Below are positions 1-9,336 of a stretch of DNA of 64,000 nt, in pieces. Under the pieces are notes generated by a model, which was not told the DNA's origin, ran no database searches, and saw only the letters and a list, made by a program, of their open reading frames with translations. Each line of letters starts with the position of its first letter. Within the stretch, counting starts at the first letter, position 1. The translations under genes were made by a program, and so were the position numbers. Source of the stretch: Armatimonadota bacterium (GTDB taxonomy: Bacteria; Armatimonadota; Fimbriimonadia; Fimbriimonadales; ATM1); assembly GCA_021324165.1 (NCBI GenBank), contig JAJPJR010000022.1:11168-75167 (forward strand), written 5' to 3'.

Positions 1-1795
1 GGCGGCTTTCTACCGCCTCGATCTGCCGCATCATGTTTTCGTGCATTTCGGATAGAAAAGCCGTATCGTGCATCACGTCGAACGAATCGGCCGCCGCCAT
101 CGCCCAGAGAGCGCTCCAAGCCGGAATGATCGTCTGCCAGCCGCTGGGAACGTGGCTTTCCACCAGGTCACTCCGCCTGAGCGATCCCGCCGCCAGCCGC
201 AGGCACCGCTTGCAAAGGTCATAGTCGCCGAACAAAGCGTAATTCACCGCACATTCGATTCGAGAGTCCCCGACCCAAAACGTCTGTTCATAGGTTGGGC
301 AGTCCACAAACGTGTCTTCGGAACACAGTCTCAGGGTGAGCGCGCACATTTGGAAGATCTGTTCGAGCTCAGGATCGGAACATTTGAACGGCACAGCCAA
401 CTGGCTGGGATGAGTGGATTCGTGGCATTTCAGGCCCAAAACTTGTGCATTTCTGGTGTCCACGGCCACGTACCTGCCGCCTCTTCGGATCAGGCTCCGA
501 ACTTTGTTTCCGCCCGGATGAAGTTGGATCGCCATGGTGTTGGACATCTCCCATGCAAAGTCGGGCTGCCCTTCTTGAAACGCTTCGAAACCGTTGAGCA
601 GGGCGATCTCTTGTTCGGCGGCTTCCAGTTCGATCTCCCACGTTCCTACGGTCATGCGCCCGAAGTCGAACAGGTTGCGGGTAGTGCTGCCCTGCTCGTC
701 GGGGCGCGCGTAGGCGGTGAGCCCGAAGGTCCAGTTCGGGTCAATCGAGCCCTGAGGCACCTGTTTGGCGGCGGGATGAGAAAGGATCGCTTCGAGGGAT
801 GCAGCGTTCCAAAGCCGCTCACGCTCATCGGCTGCGAGCGGCCCCACGCAAAGGATTTCGGCGTGCAGTTGGACGTCGGCTTCATCCAGGCTGAGCCCGA
901 TCGTCCAATCGTGGAACTTGCCCGCAACATATAGGAGAAGAAGGTTTTCGCCTTGTTTCGCCTCGCCTGCAAAGGCGGCGCCCCCTTCCCACGGGCTCCG
1001 GTTGGGGGGTACGCGCTCACATTCGATGCCGTTCAGTTTCACCCTGGGCGCTACCCAGAACCAGTCTTTGGCGAACTCGAATTGGAGCGCCTGGTTCAGT
1101 TTGGAGTGAAAGGTGAGGGCGACGATCCCCGAGATCTCCTTCGGCGCCGCATCCAAAAGGCCGGGCAGCAGCAGTTCGCGCAAGGAAACGGCGATGGAAA
1201 CCTTCGGAGGGCGCATGCGCTGGCTGAGGGTGAGCCTTGCGGGCAGCGCCTCTTGGCATGACACCCGGGCCAGGCTCTTTTCCAGCGCGCGGTCATCCGG
1301 CACGACGCTCGCGGGCTGCCAGCCGCCGCAGTCGAACAGCGATCCACGTTCCCGCACAGGCTCGAGCCACCCCTGCTGGCAGCTGATTCTCAGGTTCCGG
1401 CCGCGTAGAATGTGCGGCCTGCATTCCCAGTCAGCCCCGGTTGCGGCCAAAACTGTTTCACGTGAAACAATCGCGGCGCGGACTCCTGCATCCGAAACGA
1501 TGTACTTGAACGTGCTCACCCCGATCGAATGGCCCAGAATCTCGATGAGGTTCCCGTCCGGGCTCAAAAGGCCGGTCACGTCATACTCATCCACCCACCA
1601 TTCATCCGGCCAGCCCCGTGCGGGGCCCTGGCCCGTCCATTCGCCGTTGATCCAAACCCGGTATTCGGCGTCCGCCGTGATGAGCAGGCGGGCATCGGCT
1701 GGCACTTCCCTCAGCCAGAACCGCGTTCTAAAGCCGTCCCACCGGTTCCACTCGCGCCTGCCCTCGGCATCTCCCCAAATCCATTCGCCCGGCAT
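1..1795 (-). CDS. GH78-type alpha-L-rhamnosidase-like glycoside hydrolase (partial; C-terminus lies beyond the left edge)
   Basis: It is absent from the ORF track because it runs off the window. My manual minus-strand translation from the ATG at 1795 stays open to base 1. It reads MPGEWIWGDAEGRREWNRWDGFRTRFWLREVPADARLLITADAEYRVWINGEW... and later ...FVDCPTYEQTFWVGDSR. That fits the N-terminal beta-sandwich and the DCPxxEQxxWxGD-type motif of GH78-like six-hairpin glycosidases. The + ORFs 68..934 and 1113..1820 are its antisense shadows. Confidence 0.65.
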   Translation of the reverse strand, partial: MPGEWIWGDAEGRREWNRWDGFRTRFWLREVPADARLLITADAEYRVWINGEWTGQGPARGWPDEWWVDEYDVTGLLSPDGNLIEILGHSIGVSTFKYIVSDAGVRAAIVSRETVLAATGADWECRPHILRGRNLRISCQQGWLEPVRERGSLFDCGGWQPASVVPDDRALEKSLARVSCQEALPARLTLSQRMRPPKVSIAVSLRELLLPGLLDAAPKEISGIVALTFHSKLNQALQFEFAKDWFWVAPRVKLNGIECERVPPNRSPWEGGAAFAGEAKQGENLLLLYVAGKFHDWTIGLSLDEADVQLHAEILCVGPLAADERERLWNAASLEAILSHPAAKQVPQGSIDPNWTFGLTAYARPDEQGSTTRNLFDFGRMTVGTWEIELEAAEQEIALLNGFEAFQEGQPDFAWEMSNTMAIQLHPGGNKVRSLIRRGGRYVAVDTRNAQVLGLKCHESTHPSQLAVPFKCSDPELEQIFQMCALTLRLCSEDTFVDCPTYEQTFWVGDSRIECAVNYALFGDYDLCKRCLRLAAGSLRRSDLVESHVPSGWQTIIPAWSALWAMAAADSFDVMHDTAFLSEMHENMMRQIEAVESR

Positions 1796-1837
1796 CTCCA
1801 CGCCGCTGTGCTTACCCTAAATCGGTATCCTCGGCTC

Positions 1838-2824
1838 ATGCCGCCCGTGGTCGTCGCCGACCGCCTCTCAAAAACGTTCAAGGTAACCAAAAAACTGCCG
1901 GGCTTCGCCGGAACCCTCAAGACCATCTTCCGCCCCGAAAAGATCGCCGTCGAAGCCGTCAAACAGGTCAGTTTTGAAATCCACGAGGGCGAATTCGTCG
2001 GCTTTTTGGGCCCGAACGGCGCCGGCAAAACCACCACCCTCAAAATGCTCACCGGGATTCTGTACCGCTCCGGCGGGCGCGCCGAACTCGTGGGCTTCGA
2101 CCCGTGGCTGCGCAAACCAGCCATGCAGCGCCAAATCGCCCTTGTCATGGGCAACAAAATGCAGCTTTGGTGGGACCTGCCCGCCTGGGACGGGTTCCAA
2201 GTCCTCAAAGAGATCTATCAAGTTCCCGACGGCCAGTTCGAACCCCGGATCGAAGAACTCGTGTCCATCCTGGGGCTCCAAGACAAACTCCGCGTTCCCG
2301 TCAGGCAGCTCAGCCTGGGAGAACGGATGAAGTGCGAACTTGCGGCCGCTCTGCTCCACAGCCCCCGCGTGCTGTTCCTCGATGAGCCCACTCTCGGCCT
2401 CGATCTGGTCTCACAAAAGCGCATCCGCGAGTTCCTTCTGCACCAAAACCGAGCGCACGGCACCACCATTCTGCTCACCAGCCATTACATGCAGGATGTG
2501 GTGGAACTGTGCAAACGCGTGATCGTGATTGACCACGGAAGCCTGATTTACGAGGGAAAACTCGATGAACTCTCGCAGCGCTTCAGCCCTACCCGGCGCC
2601 TTCGCCTGACCTTCAATCAGCCGCCGCCCGACGGGTTCGCTCAGTACGGTACGGTCGTCGAGGCGGCGGAAGGCTCGGCCATCCTCGAAGTTCCACGCTC
2701 GGAAACCACCCGGATCGCCGCCAGAGTGCTTCAGGAACTGCCGATCGAAGACATCGCCATCGAAGAGCCCGACATCGAAGAGGCTATCCGAAAACTGTTC
2801 GCAGGCGAACGAGTTCAGCCGTGA
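1838..2824 (+). CDS. ABC transporter ATP-binding protein (uncharacterised ABC-2/COG4586-like type), no permease adjacent
   Basis: It has Walker A GPNGAGKTTTLKML, signature LSLGERMK and Walker B LFLDEPTLGLD. I take the internal ATG at 1838 (MPPVVVADRLSKTFKV), residue 104 of track ORF 1529..2824. The upstream part of that ORF overlaps the GH78 gene on the other strand. Confidence 0.85.
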   Translation: MPPVVVADRLSKTFKVTKKLPGFAGTLKTIFRPEKIAVEAVKQVSFEIHEGEFVGFLGPNGAGKTTTLKMLTGILYRSGGRAELVGFDPWLRKPAMQRQIALVMGNKMQLWWDLPAWDGFQVLKEIYQVPDGQFEPRIEELVSILGLQDKLRVPVRQLSLGERMKCELAAALLHSPRVLFLDEPTLGLDLVSQKRIREFLLHQNRAHGTTILLTSHYMQDVVELCKRVIVIDHGSLIYEGKLDELSQRFSPTRRLRLTFNQPPPDGFAQYGTVVEAAEGSAILEVPRSETTRIAARVLQELPIEDIAIEEPDIEEAIRKLFAGERVQP

Positions 2825-3936
2825 GTTATCACCGCATCCTCCTGCTGATGGACAACCGCGCCGATTCCAACTGGGGGAGCCAGGCCACCACCACCGAGCT
2901 TGTCCGCCTTCTCAAACGGCACCATCCTAAAGCGGAGATTCGAGGGCTGCCGCGCTCGGTAACACGGCCCAAAAACGCGCTGCTTCGGCGGTTTGTAGAA
3001 ACCGCGGCGCCAGCCGCGATCCCATGGGCCGGAGCCGAAACCGGATTGGGAGCCGAGGCCGTGAGGCTGCTGACCGAGCCGTGGCGCGCCGATGTCGAAT
3101 GGGCCGACCTGATCGTGGTGAACGGCGAGGGCACCCTGCACCCACAAAAGCAAGCAAACCGATGGCTTGCGGCGCTCGCAGAGATCGGCCGATCAGGGAA
3201 ACCGATCTGGATTGTGAACTGTTCGGTACAATTTGTGGGAGATTCTAACGAACCGTTATACAAATCGGTGCTCGAACGTGCTCAGCGTCTCGTCGTCCGC
3301 GAGCCGGTCTCTTATCGAGAACTGACGGGCTGCGGCCTCAAAGCGGTTCTGGCTGCCGATTGCGCGTTCTGCGCCGTACCGATGAGTACAGAAAACCTCG
3401 AAAATCTTATTCCTAATCAACCGTTTGTTGCGATCACGGGCTCGGCAGCGGTGAAACGGTGGCCCGTTCCAGCGCAGATCGCGATTCTTGAATTCCTCGC
3501 CGATCTGGGGCTGAAGGCGGTGTATCTTTCGAGCACAGAAGAGGATGAGCATAACCACCGGCTGCTTTCGAAACAGATAGAGATTCCGCTTCTTACGCAC
3601 CACCAGTTAGGTTATGGCGAGGTGATCGAGCTGATTTCCCGGTCGCACCTGTTGGTCGGCGGCAGGTTTCACCCGATCGTGTTTGCTGCCCTAAGCGGGA
3701 CTCCGTTCGTCGCGGTCGAGAGCACTACAGCCAAAATGGCGGGGTTGGTTGAAATGCTGGAAAGCCGTGATATGCTATTCAAGCTGGACGATTTGGCGGG
3801 CCAGCGGGCGGCGGTGCGCAAGGCTTTGGCGGGAAGCACAAAAATTCGGTCAACCTTGCGCCGATTGGCGTCTGTATATGCGAGTCGGGCAGAAATCAAC
3901 GCTACGGAGGGCGCGCCCGAGCCTCGTTCAAATTAG
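2821..3936 (+). CDS. Polysaccharide pyruvyl transferase family protein (CsaB/WcaK-like)
   Basis: The GTG start overlaps the ATPase stop (GTGA). The motifs ADLIVVNGEGTLH and GGRFHPIVFAALSGTPFVAVESTTAKMAGLVEML resemble the PS_pyruv_trans family pattern (GGGxL ... R.H..I.A...G.P.v...Y..K). Confidence 0.65.
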   Translation: MSYHRILLLMDNRADSNWGSQATTTELVRLLKRHHPKAEIRGLPRSVTRPKNALLRRFVETAAPAAIPWAGAETGLGAEAVRLLTEPWRADVEWADLIVVNGEGTLHPQKQANRWLAALAEIGRSGKPIWIVNCSVQFVGDSNEPLYKSVLERAQRLVVREPVSYRELTGCGLKAVLAADCAFCAVPMSTENLENLIPNQPFVAITGSAAVKRWPVPAQIAILEFLADLGLKAVYLSSTEEDEHNHRLLSKQIEIPLLTHHQLGYGEVIELISRSHLLVGGRFHPIVFAALSGTPFVAVESTTAKMAGLVEMLESRDMLFKLDDLAGQRAAVRKALAGSTKIRSTLRRLASVYASRAEINATEGAPEPRSN

Positions 3937-3950
3937 GAGCGCAACAACTC

Positions 3951-5294
3951 ATGGACCGAGCAATCAGAGATGCAAAACGTTCACGAACTCGTGAGTTCGT
4001 TCCGCTTTCGAGCGTCGCGGGCGGCTATCTTTTGCTATTGTTCGCGCAAGTTTTCGCATCTCCTTATCTGATTGTCAACGGCTTGCGGCGGGTGTTTTTT
4101 GGCCGCCACAAAGGCGTGGGAATCAAACGGTTTTTCGGAGGCGTTTCGCCTTCTACAAAAGGCTGCGTGATCATCGTGGGCAATGCGATGGGCGAATCGC
4201 GAACGGCGCTGCGTGCGGCGCGTGATCTGCGCGACCGCCAGCAGCAAAACGTGGGTGTATGGGTGGAACAGGTTGCCGTCAAGCGCGCCCTCAACGACCA
4301 GGACCCCTCGATTTTTGTGGGTTTTTCGCCTTTCAACAACCCGTTTTCGGCGCTGCTTGCGATGATCCGCGCACGCCCGCGCGGCGTGATTTTCGTCGAA
4401 AGCGCGCGATATCTGCACATCGCATTTTTCGCTCGGTTGTTCGGCGCAAAAACGCTTGTCGCAAACGTGAACATTTCGGAAAAAAGAAAACAAGAGCAGC
4501 AGAGCAAACCCACGGGGTCGTTTCGCTATCGGCTCATCGGCGCCGTTACCGTGCAAAGCGAACGGCAGCTCGATCGGTTGATTGAAATCGGCGTTCCTTC
4601 GCAAATCATTTCGGTTACCGGTCCGGCGATTTATGAAAAGGTAACCGAAACAGAATTCGAACGATACGTGGAGAAATGGAACGGCCTGTTGAACATCTCT
4701 AACGGTTCGACTCCGGTGGTGGTTGCGGGGAGCACCCATCCCGAAGAAGAGCCGACGATTCTCAAGGCGTTCAGCGATTTCAAGCGCCGCTTCCCGACGG
4801 CGCTCCTTGTGATCGCGCCCCGCTACTTCGGGCTTTCCTGCGGATCGGAAAGGGGTGTCGGCGGTGCGGGCGTTCCTTATGTTCTCAGATCGCGCCTCTC
4901 CGACGGAATCCCCGATTCGGGGGTGATCGTGCTGGACACGCAAGGCGAGCTGCGCGAGGTGTACTCCGTGGCGGCCGTCGCCTTTGTGGGAGGAAGCCTT
5001 GCTCCCGAGATCGGCGGGCACAGCCCGATCGAGCCGCTGCTTTGGGGAACGCCAGTTACGATGGGCCCCAATTACGCCCAGCAAGAGCCGGCGGTTTCGG
5101 CATGCCTTTCAGCCGGAGTGCTGTTTGTGTGCTCCGACGCCGATTCGCTGAACCGGGCTTGGACTCAGGCCGCCGAAGGGAACGGCCGGCGGGCCGAGTT
5201 CGCCCGCAAAGCCGCCGAGATGCTGGATCGCCACCGGAACGTGTTCGACAAATGGCTCGAGGCGCTTTTCGGCTTCCAAGCCGATTCGAACTAA
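3951..5294 (+). CDS. Divergent GT30 (3-deoxy-D-manno-octulosonic acid transferase-like) paralog
   Basis: It is colinear with WaaA. VVVAGSTHPEEEPTILKAF..FPTALLVIAPRYFG matches STHEGEE...LILVPRHPERF. VIVLDTQGELREVYSVAAVAFVGGSLAPEIGGHSPIEPLLWGTPVTMGPNY matches GDTMGEL..ADLAFVGGSL..GGHNPLEAA...PVLMGPH. The N-terminal HxVSVGE motif is altered to GNAMGES. An N-terminal TM helix is present. Confidence 0.6.
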   Translation: MDRAIRDAKRSRTREFVPLSSVAGGYLLLLFAQVFASPYLIVNGLRRVFFGRHKGVGIKRFFGGVSPSTKGCVIIVGNAMGESRTALRAARDLRDRQQQNVGVWVEQVAVKRALNDQDPSIFVGFSPFNNPFSALLAMIRARPRGVIFVESARYLHIAFFARLFGAKTLVANVNISEKRKQEQQSKPTGSFRYRLIGAVTVQSERQLDRLIEIGVPSQIISVTGPAIYEKVTETEFERYVEKWNGLLNISNGSTPVVVAGSTHPEEEPTILKAFSDFKRRFPTALLVIAPRYFGLSCGSERGVGGAGVPYVLRSRLSDGIPDSGVIVLDTQGELREVYSVAAVAFVGGSLAPEIGGHSPIEPLLWGTPVTMGPNYAQQEPAVSACLSAGVLFVCSDADSLNRAWTQAAEGNGRRAEFARKAAEMLDRHRNVFDKWLEALFGFQADSN

Positions 5295-5421
5295 ACCCCC
5301 TCGGCCTTACACTTATAGGATAAAACTCGCATCTCGGCAAGAAGGGGAACGATTTCCCCTAAACCTTTGCCCGCGAGAACGTATAATAAATGAGTCTTCG
5401 GACACATATGGAGGTGTTCTA

Positions 5422-5592
5422 ATGCGTATTTTGAGTGTCCTGCTGCTTTTGGCGCTCGGGGCTGTGATCGTTGCTGGATGCGGCGGCGGAGAGACCGCCG
5501 GCGACAGCGAAATCAAGGAAAAGGCTAAACGAGTTCAAGACAATCAGAAAACCACTGGAGGGCAGACAATCAAATCCAACGCCGCCGAGTAA
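5422..5592 (+). CDS. Small predicted lipoprotein (56 aa)
   Basis: It falls below the 60-aa cutoff of the track. GGAGG lies 7 nt upstream of the ATG. The protein reads MRILSVLLLLALGAVIVAGCGGGETAG..., a signal peptide plus a lipobox-like VAGC. A clean intrinsic terminator follows. Confidence 0.55.
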   Translation: MRILSVLLLLALGAVIVAGCGGGETAGDSEIKEKAKRVQDNQKTTGGQTIKSNAAE

Positions 5593-5615
5593 TTGGAAGG
5601 CGAAGCGACGTTCGA

Positions 5616-5650
5616 GGCAGCCGGGCTCAGCACGGCTGCCTTTTTATTTT
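5616..5650 (+). terminator. Rho-independent terminator after the small lipoprotein gene
   Basis: GGCAGCCG (5616-5623) pairs with CGGCTGCC (5633-5640) and is followed by TTTTTATTTT. Confidence 0.6.
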
Positions 5651-5679
5651 GGCGTTGCGCGTGATGGGCCGGTACAATT

Positions 5680-6303
5680 TTGGCCGTGAGTCGGGCGCTG
5701 GCAGATCTCGCATTGCAAGCCTCGGCCTGCACGGCCTGCGGCCTGGCCGCCCGAAGGCGGACTGTGGTGTTTGGAGAGGGCAACCCGGAAAGCCCGCTCG
5801 TACTCGTGGGAGAGGGCCCCGGCGAGCAGGAGGACGCGACCGGAAGGCCGTTTGTGGGCAGAGCGGGGCAGCTTCTCGACCGGGCGCTTTTGGACAACGG
5901 CCTGGACCGAACGGATGTTTACATCTGCAACATCGTGAAATGCCGCGCATGCGATTGGCGGAATGGCACGGCTTTCAACCGCGCGCCGCAGCCCGATGAA
6001 ATCGAAGCATGCTCAGGCTGGCTCCGGTCGCAGCTTGCGGCGATCTCGCCGCAAGTGATTTTGTGCATCGGATCGCCGAGTGCGAATGCGCTCATTCGCA
6101 AAGGGTTTCAAATCACAAAAGAGCGGGGCGTGCTGCTGGAATGCGCGCTGGCTCCTTTTGCCATCGCAACGCTGCATCCCGCTTACATTTTGCGGCAGTG
6201 CAGCAAAACGCACGACGGCGGGTATTCGCTTTTGGTGCGCGATATCGGCATCGCGTGGGAAAAAGCGGTTTCGATGCAAACGGAACGCGCCGCGGCGCCT
6301 TAG
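5680..6303 (+). CDS. Uracil-DNA glycosylase, family 4
   Basis: It has CTACGL, then GEGPGEQEDATGRPFVGRAGQLLD, then YICNIVKCR, then HPAYILR. These are the family-4 UDG motifs and Fe-S cysteines. The start is TTG 5680 or GTG 5686. Confidence 0.85.
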   Translation: MAVSRALADLALQASACTACGLAARRRTVVFGEGNPESPLVLVGEGPGEQEDATGRPFVGRAGQLLDRALLDNGLDRTDVYICNIVKCRACDWRNGTAFNRAPQPDEIEACSGWLRSQLAAISPQVILCIGSPSANALIRKGFQITKERGVLLECALAPFAIATLHPAYILRQCSKTHDGGYSLLVRDIGIAWEKAVSMQTERAAAP

Positions 6304-7958
6304 ATGATTCTTTCGCGCACGTCTTTGTCTTTTGCTCGAATCGGCTTGATGGATGCTACGTTTTCTTCTTCGAAATCCAACAGCTTCAGCCAATCTTCTT
6401 GCGAATCGGTTTGCGGAAAGATTTCGTTTTCGCGATATTCTTGGGTGATGGCGCGTTTGAGATCGTCGAGCCGAATACCGTGGGCAGTTTCAGGATCGGC
6501 GATCGCGCGTTCTATCGCGAAATCTTTTGCACGATCCACCACCGATTTGATGAGCGCACCGCTGATGAGGTCGCGCCAATACAACGTTTGCGAATCGCCA
6601 TGGCGGAACATCACTTTTACAAATTCGGTTTCTTGGTTGGCGCGCCAGATATACATTGCGGCAGAATCAATCATGCACTCGCGCACGGCGTTTTCGTCTC
6701 CGCCTTCTGCGGCAACCGCGTCCGGATCGAGCGGAATTCCCGGCTTCAGATAGATGCCGAAGATGTCGCGCGCAGCGTTCATATCGGGCCTGCCAATTTT
6801 CACTTTCCGATCAATTCTTTCGGCTCGAAGTATGGCGGGGTCAATATAATCCGGCCGGTTGCTGGTGAGCATCAACACCACGTTTTCGAGGGCAACCAGC
6901 CCGTCGAGTTCGGCGCAGAATTGCGGAACCACGGTGTTGCTGATGTTGAGCCATCTGCCGCTGGAACGGGTGCGCAAAACCGATTCGGCTTCATCAAAGA
7001 ATATGAAAACCAGTCGGCCTTCTTTGGCTCGCTGACGCGCGGTTTCGAAAATATCTCGAACCATGCGCTCGGTTTCTCCCAGCCACATGTTCAGAATCTT
7101 CGGTCCGCTGATGTACATGAAATACTCTTTCACATCGCGGCCGACGCGCCTGCTGTACTCTTTGGTTAAATTGTGCGCGGTGGCTTTTCCTATGAGCGTT
7201 TTTCCGCATCCAGGAGGGCCATAAAGAAGAATCCCTTTGATCGGTTTCTTTTCAAACTTTTCGTAAATTTCGGGATACAACAGCGGCTGTTCGATTGTGG
7301 AGCGGATCAGTTGAATGGCGCTTTCTTGACCGCCGATTTTGTCCCAACCGATTTCGGGAATCTCTTCGTAAAAATATTCGCGTGATTCGACGTGCGGAAA
7401 ATGTTCCACCGCCACCTTCATGTTCGGCTCCACGCGAACCTCATCGCCCGTTTTGATTTCAGCGGATTCCAAACTTTCGCCCCGAATCACAATGCGCGAA
7501 GTTGTGCCGGTGGAATCGGTGGCGATGCGCAGACGGCCGCCTTCCAACACCTCCGAAACTTTTGAAATCTGCCCGCTTTCGTGCGTTTCAAGGATGCCGA
7601 TCACCGCGTAGGCGTCGTTCACGCGCACGCGAGCGCCGGTCTTCAGGTGCGACGGGTCGAGTTTCGGATCGAGCGAAACCACAAACTCGCTGTCTCCCAC
7701 AGCAATCAGCGCGATGCCCTCTTCCAGGTGGCGCAGAAACACGCCCGTGCGGTTGGCGGGAGCCGTGAGTTTTTGGTACGCCTGTTCGTACTCTTGCAGC
7801 AGAGCGTTCTGCTCTTCGGCTTTCCGTTCCTGATGTTCAATTTCGCGCTCGAGGGCGGCAAAATAGTTTCTGAGCCGCTGATTGTCGGCGGGAATCATTT
7901 CGCGAATCTGCGCGATCAGCTGATCTGATGTTGGTTGTTCGGGCATCGGTTTATGCAA
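6300..7958 (-). CDS. Mpa/ARC-class AAA+ ATPase (coiled coil + two OB-like segments + one AAA module)
   Basis: The N-terminus has a heptad-rich segment, LRNYFAALEREIEHQERKAEEQNALLQEYEQAYQKL. The AAA module has Walker A LLYGPPGCGKTL, pore loop NMWLGETE, Walker B VFIFFDEAES and SNRPDYIDPAILRAERIDRKVKIGRPD. The start is TTG 7958 or ATG 7946. Confidence 0.85.
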   Translation of the reverse strand: MHKPMPEQPTSDQLIAQIREMIPADNQRLRNYFAALEREIEHQERKAEEQNALLQEYEQAYQKLTAPANRTGVFLRHLEEGIALIAVGDSEFVVSLDPKLDPSHLKTGARVRVNDAYAVIGILETHESGQISKVSEVLEGGRLRIATDSTGTTSRIVIRGESLESAEIKTGDEVRVEPNMKVAVEHFPHVESREYFYEEIPEIGWDKIGGQESAIQLIRSTIEQPLLYPEIYEKFEKKPIKGILLYGPPGCGKTLIGKATAHNLTKEYSRRVGRDVKEYFMYISGPKILNMWLGETERMVRDIFETARQRAKEGRLVFIFFDEAESVLRTRSSGRWLNISNTVVPQFCAELDGLVALENVVLMLTSNRPDYIDPAILRAERIDRKVKIGRPDMNAARDIFGIYLKPGIPLDPDAVAAEGGDENAVRECMIDSAAMYIWRANQETEFVKVMFRHGDSQTLYWRDLISGALIKSVVDRAKDFAIERAIADPETAHGIRLDDLKRAITQEYRENEIFPQTDSQEDWLKLLDFEEENVASIKPIRAKDKDVRERII

Positions 7959-7999
7959 CTATTGTACGCCGATTACCGCAATCGCGTGGCATCGGAAGC

Positions 8000-9310
8000 C
8001 TACAAGCGCGCGGTTGCCTTCACGTCGAGGTAGTAGTTCACGAGTGCGGAGCCCAGTTCTTTGGGTTCGGCATCCAACGTTCTTACTCCTACCTGATTGA
8101 GCAGCAGCTGCGCCATCACCCGTTCTTCTTGATACAAAATCGCGGCGGTTTTTTCGTACATCTGGCGTTCGCCGGTGATCGTCATCGCGCTTGCCGTTCG
8201 CACTTCGGGGTCGCTGACGGTTACCACCAGGCAGATATGGCGTTTTGCCAGGGGGCCCAGAACGTGCAGAATCTGCTTTGCGGCTTCGGGCGTTTCGAGG
8301 TCGGTGAACACCACAATGAGTCCGCGGCGCTTCCATTTTGCGGCCAAAAACGAAAACGCTCCGAGCGAATCGGGTTCGAAAGGCTCGGCTTTCAGGGCGT
8401 GAAGCGCCTCGATGATCAGTCCTACCTGCGTCCGCCCGCGTTTTGGAGATATCCACCGCTGGACCCGATCGCCATACACCAGAACGCCCACCTGGTCGTT
8501 CGCGGTGGCCGCCGCGTTGCAAAGCAGGAGCGCCGCATCCAGCACCAGGTCGAATTTTTCGGTGTTCTCGACGTCGGCCATCATCAGCCTGCCGGTGTCA
8601 ATGACCAAAATCACCGGCTGATTGCGTTCGGATTCGAACTCTTTGACGATCAGTTTGCCGCGCCGGGATGTGGCTTTCCACTCGATTTTTCGATAGTCAT
8701 CGCCGGGCACATAGTCGCGCAGGCTCTCGAAGTCGGTGCCGATGCCTTTGAGCCTCGAGCGCCTGACGCCGATCTGTTTAAGGTGGCCGCGCTGCTTCAG
8801 AAGGTCGAACTTTCTTAGGGCGAGCACGTTGGGATAAACCCTGACGATCTGCCGGGTAGGAATCAAGGTTTGGCGATAAACGATTCCGCCGAACGATTTT
8901 GCGCGGATGAAGCTGCCGCGGAAGAAGAAATCGCCGCGCTTAGCCGGGGTTACGTGGTACCGGATTTCTGTGGTTTGTCCCGGCAACAGATGCACCTCGA
9001 ACTCTCTTTTGTCGGCAAGAAACGATTCGGGGGCCTCGTCGCGCAAAAGGAACGAGATCGGCTGGCGTCCGTGATTGGTGATGAGAAGCCTTACAAGGTT
9101 GTTTTCGCGCACGCTCATCACGGGATCGAACTTGCGCTCGATGCTGAGATTGGCTCCGGATGGCGCGGCGGCATATGCGATGATTGCGAGCAGCAGCACT
9201 GCGGCGTTATAGGGCCAGATGAGCAGAAACATTCCGGGATCGAATGCGCCCAGGATTGCAAACAGAATCCCAACGGAAAGCAGTGCGAAAAACGGCCCTC
9301 GGAGCACCAT
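8000..9310 (-). CDS. DUF58 family protein (membrane-anchored vWA-like domain)
   Basis: It has two N-terminal TM helices. The motif GIGTDFESLRDYVPGDDYRKIEWKATSRRGKLIVKEFE and the block VILVIDTGRLM are typical of DUF58. Confidence 0.85.
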   Translation of the reverse strand: MVLRGPFFALLSVGILFAILGAFDPGMFLLIWPYNAAVLLLAIIAYAAAPSGANLSIERKFDPVMSVRENNLVRLLITNHGRQPISFLLRDEAPESFLADKREFEVHLLPGQTTEIRYHVTPAKRGDFFFRGSFIRAKSFGGIVYRQTLIPTRQIVRVYPNVLALRKFDLLKQRGHLKQIGVRRSRLKGIGTDFESLRDYVPGDDYRKIEWKATSRRGKLIVKEFESERNQPVILVIDTGRLMMADVENTEKFDLVLDAALLLCNAAATANDQVGVLVYGDRVQRWISPKRGRTQVGLIIEALHALKAEPFEPDSLGAFSFLAAKWKRRGLIVVFTDLETPEAAKQILHVLGPLAKRHICLVVTVSDPEVRTASAMTITGERQMYEKTAAILYQEERVMAQLLLNQVGVRTLDAEPKELGSALVNYYLDVKATARL

Positions 9311-9336
9311 GTGCGGGGTCGGGTACCTTCCACCCG

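Noticed and set aside
68-1820. Plus-strand ORFs 68..934 and 1113..1820 at the left edge.
   Set aside because: The minus strand carries one uninterrupted frame with GH78-like motifs across the whole interval. The plus-strand ORFs have no motifs and look like antisense products.
5344-5359. The hairpin GGGGAA-cgat-TTCCCC after the GT30-paralog gene, considered as a terminator, with a nearby TATAAT (5382-5387) considered as the lipoprotein promoter.
   Set aside because: The stem is short with no U-tract. No acceptable -35 element lies at 16-18 bp from the TATAAT. This is too weak to call.
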